Shown piece after piece: positions 54,553-64,000 of a stretch of DNA of 64,000 bases. Under the pieces are notes generated by a model. It saw only the letters and a list, made by a program, of their open reading frames with translations, ran no database searches and was not told the DNA's origin. The translations under genes were made by a program, and so were the position numbers. Positions within the stretch are counted from its first letter, which is position 1. The number at the start of each line of letters is the position of its first letter. Source of the DNA: Lepidodermella squamata (Eukaryota > Animalia > Gastrotricha); contig JBLDXI010000020.1 of NCBI GenBank assembly GCA_047495785.1, forward strand, positions 1,302,001 to 1,366,000. The letters run 5' to 3'.

Positions 54553-55415
54553 TCATCGGTGTCCAGCAGTCGAATGGCTACGTTGCTCGAGATTCTTCCA
54601 ATCCACTTTTTCATTGATCGCTCTCGAAAATTCTGAAGAAGTTGGATTTAGAAGTTGAGAAAAAAGTCAAATTTCCATTTATTACCGTAATAATCTATTT
54701 TCCTGTTCATGTCGATATCAGCATTGCCAATCATAAGGCTGCAAAACTCGTCAATCTAATAAGTTTGTTAGCGAACATAATTTATCTGTTAATATTCAAT
54801 TTATATTACCTCTTCAGCAGTCAGTTTATCATCGCCGTGATTCATCAAAGCTTTCTTGAGCTCGGCCTTCTCGATGTAGCCATTTTCTAACGGGGACGCC
54901 CAAGTACAAAATGAAAGTGGGTAATCAGAAAATCGAAGCTTACTATTTACATCGAAGAATCTAAAAGCCTCAATCAGCTCGCGCTCCACGTCGGATTTCC
55001 ATTGCCGTAAAATGAGCTCTCTGCACTCATCGTAGTCAAGCATGCCGTCGGCAACTGATCAAATATAAGTAATTTTAGCATCATGAAAATGTATCTGATG
55101 AAAATTACGATTCTTATCGAATTCCATCATAATTTTGCACGCTTCGGTTTTTGTGGGGTTGAGCCCAGTGGCCCTCAATAATTCGACTAATTCGTCGATT
55201 GAAATGAACCCATCGAGATCTCGATCGAAAGCGGAAAATATTATATGCAATTCTGAAAACGCGGATTCAATATCTGAAAATCGTTTTGAGGGCGCACTTA
55301 CCATCTTCTGACGGAGGTACGGCTGTTGCCGGCTGCAATAACTCGGTAAAAGAGCTGTGTCTGCAATAAACTCGAAGGAACTCACCCGAGAAATTTCAGC
55401 GTGGGACTGAGGCAT
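54553..55415 (-). CDS. Calmodulin-like EF-hand protein (paralog of 36730-37430)
   Basis: DRDLDGFISIDE, GLNPTKTEA, DVNKNGYIEKAE, LMNHGDDKLT, DIDMNRKIDYYE; the start could instead be the downstream Met near 55304. Confidence 0.85.
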
Positions 55416-56083
55416 ATCATGTATTACTTAAATGGCTTGATAATCGTGATGGACTATGGGACTATCTCATCAAAGGTGTGTGAAGAAAAAAACTTATAGT
55501 GGGGTTAAATAAAGCTATCCTCGTTTTCCTGAATGCAGCATTTCGCATCGATTTGCCGACAGAAGCAGTATTTAATTTTTATGCCCATGTTATGCGGCGT
55601 GGTGGTTTTCGCTCTATTCTATAGTATTCATACCACGCGCGAAAGGTGTATTGAACGATGCGTTTTTTCTACTTAGTGGTTGCTAGGCTCGCATTTTTTG
55701 GCGCGCCCGCTTTCACCTCGATTATCGATGCCGGCTCTGATAGCGAGTTGTTCAATGAATCGACGCCTCGACCCCTAGAAACGGCTTTTGAGTCGTATAA
55801 TACTGATTACACCGCAAAAAACAAATAGAAGAAAAGCTATGTTGGTTTTCTCGTCGTTTTCTTCATTGATATTTCGCAATCTAGCTTCGCTACAGACGAG
55901 GTAAGTACTTTCTTAAATAGAGCAAATACACCTTCTGTCATTAATATATTGGAAATCGCATTGTCGTAAAATCGCGACGCTTAGCGCCTACTTTTGTTCT
56001 ATTCCATATTTTACCATCTTGCTTCGCTATAGCCTTCGTAATTTCACTTAGATTGGTGTCTTGCAAAGGACAAAAGATTCAAG

Positions 56084-56844
56084 ATGAACTCGGCTCCAAG
56101 TGACAATGGCTCGTTTTTGCAATTCTTCTAATGATTTACTAATAATAATTATTGTGGTTTCAGAAATAAGGCGTGTATTTGGTCTGTTCGATACGGAGAA
56201 CATCGGGAAAGTCAGTACTCAGGATCTTGCAACACTCATTCGCGCCTTTGACCAAGTATTCCTTATAAAGAACTCTAATTCTCGCTACCTTCATTTTACA
56301 TTGTTTAGAACCCAACACAAAAAGATGTGCGCGAATATATGTCAGAAGTCGACCCTAAAAGTAATTTAAGACCTGCATGCAGTGGTTCGCTTATCCAAGT
56401 TTATCCTAGAGACTGGATTCTTTGATTACGCCGATTTTTCTCGAAGCTTGCTGAAAAGATGGAGGGATCCATCGAATGAAGTGGAGAAACTGGCGCAAGC
56501 TTTCCGAACTTTTGACAAATCGAACAGTGGGTATATAAAAATCCGCGACATGAGCATGGTGTTGAAAAGACGAGGCGACGGCTTGCGGTACGAGGAAATC
56601 GAAGAATTCGTTCAGTTTTGCGAAGCCTCGGGTTTTACTGAAGGCGACTCTATCGATTATCGCGGTAGGATTTTTTATTTTTGCTAACACCTTGATAAAT
56701 AATTTCCAAATTTTAGAAGTCAGTCGAATTCTTGTTGGTGAAAAAGCCAAGGTCCCTGAGGAAGAACCGGAAAAGCAAGATGTGGAAAAGGAACTGGAGG
56801 AGGAAAACAAGGCTGAAGAGATAAGGATCCAGTCTTCCGAGTAA
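56084..56844 (+). CDS. Divergent calmodulin-like EF-hand protein with acidic tail
   Basis: IRRVFGLFDTENIGKV..IRAFDQ|NPTQKD..EVDPKKTGFFDY..AFRTFDKSNSGYI..IDYRE; first exon uncertain. Confidence 0.8.
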
Positions 56845-57633
56845 CTGATTTTAACCCCGCACCGTAATAACCAATTTTAATTACAAAAAAGCAATAAAAC
56901 AAGTTTTTCATAAAAGAGATGTTTTATTTTTCTTCGGAATGACAGTAAATATAAGGTTTAAGCAAAGAGCACAAAGAAATTTAAACATGCACTTGAATAA
57001 GCTTCCAAATGACTATATCATATAACGCCAACGGAACTAGAGAAGCGATCCAGTTAAGTCGAGAGAACATAGAACCAAAACCGTTACTAGAAACACAAGC
57101 TTAAGCCGACACCATCATTAACCGCAACAAACAGGATGTTTCCCAAAAGCAAATATTTCAATCACCACGTGCTGCATAACTATACATTTTCAAATAATGA
57201 TATATTTTTATACACAAAGGCAGCTTCGAATAATAAGAGTTAGTTTGGATGAAGAAAACAATCATTATCAAGGCATTTCGTTTTTTGCACTCGACCACGC
57301 ATATGAGTACTATCACAGAATAGGACGATTGACTTGCCTTCAATTCAACAGCGTTACATTATCAGCAGATAGTAATTTTGAACAATAATGTGTTACCTCA
57401 GGGAGGGCAAGTTTTCTGCTTTTTCATGTTCATTTTTCTATGGTTTTGTTCTTCTCTAACCTCGTTTGCTTCCAATTTGTCAATTTGCCAAGCGCAAATA
57501 ACAAGAAGAAAGACAGCGCAGCTGTGACATTACAATAACAATATTACGATTGTGATGATGGTTTCTCAGCGAAAAGTGCGAAAAATGCATCTTTTCGAGT
57601 ATTATGCCTATAATAAACGTGGTCATGAGGATT

Positions 57634-59499
57634 TTAATCAGCTTTCAGCCGAGAATACACGTAGATAGCAAAACGACGACTAGCTATGAAGCCAACGCTA
57701 GCCAACATCAAAGCAACTGCATATCCAACAGTAACACACTGCCCGAAATAGAGAAGGGTCTGTAAATACCCAGACATTCCGTTGCCACCAAGTCTACAAT
57801 GGCGGAAGTAGAAGTAGATAGAATATGCTCCAAGTAGCAAGGCCGAGCAAGCCGGATTGTAGGCGGCTGGCCACCACCATCGATGATCTTCGCTCGCCAA
57901 TCGGCAGTAAGTCAGGGCAACTGATGAAGACGCCGCGACCAATAACAATACGCAGAATGCAAGAAGCAGGACTCCGTAAAGAGAATACGGATGGCGGCAA
58001 AATACGGCTGAGTAGATGTAGAACAACTCAACGGCGATTGCGCTGAACGACAGAACGGACCCGATAGAAATTTGAACTGGGGTCAGAGCGAACCAGCGAC
58101 GTGGAGGTATTTCGCGAGGAATTTGGCGTGGTCGACATGGAGGGTCGAAAGGAGCAGCTGTAAAAAAATTAAAGTGAACTACAAGAATAGCAAATTTTCC
58201 TCAAAGCTTACTCCAACGATGTGCCATTGCACTCCCAACTAGAGTGAGCGGCAGGCCGATAAATAGCCACAGCGAAACCAATAGAGCAGCAGTTGAAAAC
58301 GGAGGCGCACGAGTTGATCCATAATAAGCCGCGGTTATCGTAATTAGTGTCCATAGAATAGCGACTGGACCGACGTAAAGCAGTGCCGTCTGGACACCAT
58401 TGAACATCCATCGTTTACCGTTCATTTGTCGGTAGAAGGTGCCCGAAACCATGCCGCCAAGTCCTGAGGTCAAGGCGTACAATATAATTACCGCGGAAAT
58501 CGCGTTATTATGGCGGTGTGTCTCGAATGCTTCAAATGTCATCAGCAATAAAAGACCGATTGCCAAGCAGGTCAACTGAAATCCAACGCCGACAATCGAT
58601 GCTAACATTGACCGACGTTTCGGGGGCCGAAAGACATCGGTTCGAACAGCTTTCCATCCAGATGATAGAGCCATGTCATCATCGTCATCTGATTGGGACA
58701 AGTCCTTTCTAAGGGTGTGTCCGATAGCAGCAGCATTGAAAGCCAGCAGAAGCCCCACCAGGAACAACGAATTGAAAATAGAAAGCCAATGGACCTCCAT
58801 TCGAGATGGCATCAAGCCACCTTGTGAAAGGGTGTCTCTCACATCCAGAGGCAGTCCAGTTTGCTTCCAGGTCACTTCGTAAGTATACTCGATTCTCTGA
58901 AGCTCACTATCTGGAAGGTCGCTGAGAAGTATTGGTTCCGCACTGCCGTGAGAAAAATTAACGGCAATGATCTGGTTACCACTCAACAGAAATCCAAAGC
59001 TTTGATGTTGATACAAGTATATTTTATGACGGTGCGGAAGCACGCTTGTCTCCTCGACATGTCCGACAAAACCTCGAACGGGTAAATCATCGACTTCGAA
59101 TTCAAAATAGAAGTTACGCTCGATGGCCGACATCATTTTTTGAAGTTGGTTTTTGTCAAGATCGACAGAGCATAGTTTAACGGGGCCAGTTGTTGGCTTC
59201 TTAAATCTAAAATCGTGTCCAGTCTTAACGAGCCGTTCTCCAGAAAGAACTTGACCGAGATTCATTTTCTTCATGACAATCCTGGAACAAAAAGCTTTCA
59301 TGCTTTCCCACAAAAAGATTAAAAAATGTTACTTTTCCGGAATGCAGAACGGAAGCTCGTAGTAAAAGTAGGTTTCTTGGGGATTGTTATAAGGTCCAAT
59401 TTTGCTGGCATAAAGCGGAACTTCCTCGCCATCTTCGTATACTTTTTGAGCAATTATCTCAGTAGCAAAGAAAGCAACAAGCAATATATTGAGAAACAT
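57634..59499 (-). CDS. TM9SF1: Transmembrane 9 superfamily member 1
   Basis: [24 protein letters not shown]; LGQVLSGER; [10 protein letters not shown]; [13 protein letters not shown]; EDHRWWW; C-terminal LKAD; 3 exons. Confidence 0.92.
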
Positions 59500-59651
59500 C
59501 TTTACTACGGCTCCACCAGGACCTCATATAATGAAATCTAAGACCTAGATATGAGAATTCAGCATAGAAGAATTATATTGAATAGAATGTAGGTAACGCA
59601 AAGGTAACGTCTGAACAAGCAGCCTTTGTAAACGTAAACATAACAATCTTA

Positions 59652-60298
59652 CAGTATATTATCGTTATAGTGATAGCCGTTTATAGTGAACTATCGCTGC
59701 AGTGAACGATTTTGCTGGCACGCGGCTCAAAGTGGCCTATTTACCTTATAATAGCTATCGGTATTGTGAACGACACATATAGTGAACAATCGTCATTGTA
59801 AACGCTTTTTGCGGCGCATGCGCCATATAAAACACGTGTTTAGCGAGCGATATAATGAACGAGGCTAAATTTTGAAAAAAAATTCTTCAAAAACGATTTC
59901 AAAAACTTGATGAACCGTAAAAAGACCTGAAAATCGTTCTCAAGCTTCTAAAATTGGTGAATCTCGAGCGTAGATTAAGGGTCTTAAGCGCAATTTCGCA
60001 CGGCTCAAATGGGCCAGCAGTTGTCAGGGTTCGAGGCCCACCCCTTGAAAAAGCTTCAAGGAGCGGGCCCCGAGCTGTTGGCGACTATCAGAACTGTTCA
60101 AACGACTATTACTGATTACTTTTCGCTTAAGAATCAGATTTTTCTAGTATACATACGCCGCCGATGCATTTAGCAGTAATATTCGGAGCTTTGAAGCCAT
60201 ATAAGCGTTTTCTTTTTCAACTATCACTATAGTGGAATTTCGTTATAGTGAACAAACTTGATGGCACGAACAGCGTTCACTATATTGAAAATATACTG
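59652..60298. mobile_element. Tc1/mariner (pogo/Tigger-like) MITE
   Basis: TA|CAGTATATTaTCgtTATAGTGA ... TCACTATAttGAaAATATACTG|TA; internal reiteration of TATAGTGAAC. Confidence 0.7.
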
Positions 60299-60614
60299 TA
60301 TATTGTGTCTTTAACACCAGCATACAAAAAAACTCAAGTAAAAATAAAATAAAAGAGACAATCGCAATTCGCATGATGATTAAAACTTTGGCAATTCGCA
60401 ATTTGCATATAACAGAAAGTAATTGACTTATGAATGTTCTCCGAGCGTTCCGTTCATGAAATATGAAACCGGAGTGATCGTGCACTAAAAATATAATAGA
60501 ATTCAAATCTCCGCTATTGCTGGCGCCCGAAAGAGCAAGAAGGATGCCGCTTGCAGCTTGCCGCTGCTTGAAACGCAGTTTTTCAGAACGAGGTTTTCCA
60601 GCCGCTCCGTACTT

Positions 60615-61116
60615 GGTGATTTAAAGAAGGAGCTGAGCTCAAAAAGGAGCTGAGCTCAATGGAGCTGAGCTCTAACGGAGCTGAGCTCCCTGAATACCGC
60701 GCGCGGTCAAGTCAAAGGCCAAGTTCAAGGAACAACGTCGGTTTTACTACCAAAATATAGATCGTTCAATCCTCTATCGATCGAATGTAGATTTCTCGAT
60801 GGAAAAAATCAATCAGAAAAAGTTTTACGCCCATGCTAGATTGCGTATTTAAGTGTGCATATCGCTTGAGAAAGCGCGCTAATGGCATTAATTTATTTAC
60901 CAACTTAACTTTTTTCTGTTTAGTTTTTCGAGCGACAAACCTATATTCAGTCGATAGAGATTTGAACGATCTATATTTTGGTATTAAAACCGACATTGTT
61001 CCATGAACTTGGCCTTTGACTTGACCGCGCGCGGTATTCAGGGAGCTCAGCTCCGTTAGAGCTCAGCTCCATTGAGCTCAGCTCCTTTTTGAGCTCAGCT
61101 CCTTCTTTAAATCACC
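60615..61116. mobile_element. Palindromic foldback MITE
   Basis: Perfect 113-bp arms (60615-60727 and 61004-61116), extending imperfectly to about 175 bp; each arm carries four GGAGCTGAGCTC units. Confidence 0.88.
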
Positions 61117-62124
61117 GAATCTGAGGGGGCGTTTTCCACACAACATACGAGGTTCATTCGTATGCGTTCATTCATTTCATTTCACACATTTCGTTTTTTT
61201 TAATCACAGCGTCACGTGAAGACCATTTATTTTGCAAAATATTGTCCATGCTGTCAAATTTTATTAGTTATCATTTGGGTCGGTAAAATTTGGTATATCT
61301 TTATTAATGTAAGACCTTGACATAATTTTGAGCTTGCCTTCGCCCCGCGAGATTTTTGCCCGACAGATCGGGAGCTGTGTGGCAGCGGCAGCTCAGAGAC
61401 CGAGCGCAGATGTGCGGTGTGTCTGAGAGGATTCCGATGGATTCTGGCTCTATTAATATCTTTTTGTATTTGCATGCTGTTGTGCCATCACTATGCCCTA
61501 TACCGAATTATCGGTGGCTCGTTTAACTTGAGCTTTGACTTGAGACAAATCATCAGAATTGTTGGCAGGGTCTTCGTCTACCCCACTGCTCTCGTTTGAT
61601 GTTGTAGTTCTCTCAAGCCAAGAGTGACTAAACAGAGGCCGAATCTAGCCTTTTCTCCCCATGTCCAGTAGCTCATACCTCAGGAAACCCACTTCCGGCC
61701 ATTCTTCTTCCTCAAACAGATTGTACACTGTAATCCATGCGATTCATCCGTTATTTGGTACTATAATCAAAATAGGGACTATTGAAGGCTTCCCTGATCG
61801 ATACTTATGCAGCTTATCGAAAATATTCGGTCAGCGAATGTTTTAAGCACTAATCGATCTGATAGTTGAAAAGGCTATAGACTGATTTTTTGCCTTTAAT
61901 CTGGGGATTCGCTTTAAAATGAATGATCATTTAGAGACTTACACTCGTGGAAGAAAAATGTTGACTCGTATGCCCGGGTTAGCATTCTCGTAAACTTCTT
62001 TAATGAAAACTCGCCCACATAAGATTTTAAGTTGTGTCATATTCATTTTATGCTGTGCGGTTAACGGTGTCTTTTTGTTACATGTTATAGAGATGTTTGG
62101 CTTAGGTTAAATGCTTTGAAACTA

Positions 62125-64000
62125 ATGGATGCCGAATCAGGAGGTAAGCTTTATTCCGATTGTAAATTGTGACGTCGTTGCATTGCTAACTGCTTTTGTT
62201 TAATAGGTCGCGGAGGCTCCAACGCCGTGGTTTGGCTCAAAGATGCTGGCTTGGATTACCTCATATCCAACAAAGGTTTGCTACACCTCTTAGCTTATTA
62301 CTTGAGTTTCATTTGTTCTGATTTTTTCAGCCTCTTCCTCTAATAATTCGGAAAATGAGGAACGATCAGCCATGGTTATGTTTGGGAGCCTTACTCGACG
62401 GCAATCCATTGCTGTTCAAGTAAATAATAAAAGCTAGACTCAAGTGTTTTATAATCTTGAAATTCTCTTGGTAGAAACGATTGCGTGAAGCTGGTAACGT
62501 CTCTACGATCGCTGAGCATCCTATTCAACAACGCCGACGGGGCAATGCATCTGGAAAACCCCGAGGTAGCAGCATAACTTCAGAGACTCCTTTGGGCGGC
62601 AGGCTCGTGTCGTCCTTTTCCGGTCCTCTTGATACACCATCGCCTCAAAAATCATGCGTGCCACTAAACATGGGCTCAAATCTTTTAAATGCTGCAAAGC
62701 GATCGGGCAGCTATGATCTCGGCAAGTTGAGCATCAGCGAGACACCCGGTGTCGTTTTGAAAGCTCGAAGACATGTCGATATTATGGAAGCATATGATGC
62801 TTGCAGCCCTGCTGATTCCTCTTGCGTTTACCGTGAAGAATCAGAGCGAAAGTCTCGCAGTGCTTCGGCTTCTGCTCCGGCCGCGACGGTTTACGAAGGC
62901 TTTCCTGTAAGTTGCACTGAAATTATGTAGTTCATCGATAATTTTTTGCTTTTAGATATTTTCTGTTTCGCCTTGTGACGTTGGAATTACTCTGGCTTGC
63001 CATGACCTTTCGCCAGCGGATCTTATCGTTGTTAGGAGATTAGCATTCATTGAGTCGAGTGCTGTATTTGACGAGCTCAACATTCGGACTCCATCGCTGA
63101 ATCAGAATAATAGCGGTAGTACAAATTCTTTAATGGGCCTGTTATCTGGAAAACACGGTAAACAGCCATCAACCGCAAGCGCTTCATCACTGCCTATTTC
63201 TTCGTTGGAAAGTATGATAACGAAATCGAGATCTCGCAATGCACCGAAAGCGCGAGTGCCTCTGTTGATAGAGAGAGTGCTAGCTGAACTATGCTCGAGC
63301 AGATGTGCTAATTCTGAGGGCCTATTTAGAATTCCGCCTTCGCAACAACGCCTGCGAACGTTGCTACAAAGCCTTCAATCGAGTGACTTTAGCGAGTCAT
63401 CCTTCAATTTCAGCGAAGTCCCGCCTCCAGACTTGGCAGCCCTCTTGAAACATATTATCCGCTCACTTTCGCCATCATTGCTCACGGCTTCGTTGGAGCC
63501 ACTCTTCGTACTCGCCGTTACTGATATTCAGAACGAAAGTCCTAGCCCTCAACCTAGCAACAGCTTTTCAGCCGGCCAACCCGGAACTGCACCTGTACCA
63601 CCAGCAAATGCTGTCAGGGACCGATTGCGCTTGTTGAATTTGTTGGTTTTACAACTTCCCGACGTAAATCGAGATACCCTGCAGCTGATTCTGAGCAGTC
63701 TGCGGATCTTGGCCGGTCCTGCGTCGAATAATCGAATGGCAGCTTCCTCGCTCGCCGTTGTTCTAGCCCCACTGTTCTTCCCTACACTACAGCACCTGAC
63801 TGACGCTGATCACATTCATCGCCAAGTTTTAGTCGTTCAACTACTCATTATTTACGCCGATGTGCTCTTTGTCGTGCCAAATCAACTGCTTGATCAAGTC
63901 AGGTTGCACAACACGCTCCTGAACCAGCGAAATTTCGTCTCCGGGCCGAAGCACACTCGAAAGGTTGCAACCGTGAGTGTTGTTATGTGAATTTTGTCTT
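62125..64000 (+). CDS. Rho GTPase-activating protein, ARHGAP18/28/40 (conundrum)-like, 3' partial
   Basis: VWLKDAGL; LTRRQSIAVQ|KR; DLSPADL..LAFIESSAVFD; RhoGAP domain with SEGLFRIP arginine finger, DLAALLK and NRMAASSLAVVLAP; a gtgagt donor near 63973 suggests the gene continues past the window. Confidence 0.85.

Noticed and set aside
59965-60045. tRNA/SINE-like boxes (GGTCTTAAGCGC, GGTTCGAGGCC)
   Set aside because: No convincing cloverleaf could be built, and it lies inside a MITE.

Overview
Gene-dense eukaryotic (animal, probably spiralian/lophotrochozoan) DNA with about 22 mostly multi-exon genes and very short (~45-60 nt) introns, so the ORF track fragments most genes; exon joins were reconstructed by eye. 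In order: a C-type lectin with a Gly/Met/Pro tail; a Pif-like VWA + chitin-binding + LamG protein; an intronless multipass membrane protein; an apparently LBD-only nuclear receptor; WDR47; CERT1; a ZNF395/704-family C-clamp factor; DCAF12; a full-length ISL2EU-type DNA transposon (THAP-DDE transposase plus SWIM-YqaJ nuclease, with a nested MITE); a 64-aa membrane microprotein ORF in frame with, and 21 nt upstream of, an ABCB9/TAP-like transporter; two tandem globins; three calmodulin-like genes; a probably catalytically dead MAM-astacin-mucin protein; NCAPD3; BANF1; WDHD1; TM9SF1; a partial ARHGAP18/28/40-like gene; and several MITE/foldback elements. The most notable signals are (i) a globin pair sharing GlnE7/PheE11 but differing at B10 (Phe vs Tyr), the same contrast that separates the sulfide- and oxygen-carrying hemoglobins of Lucina pectinata, and (ii) the microprotein-ABCB9 dicistronic or readthrough arrangement. 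All family calls come from recalled motifs; no database searches were run.
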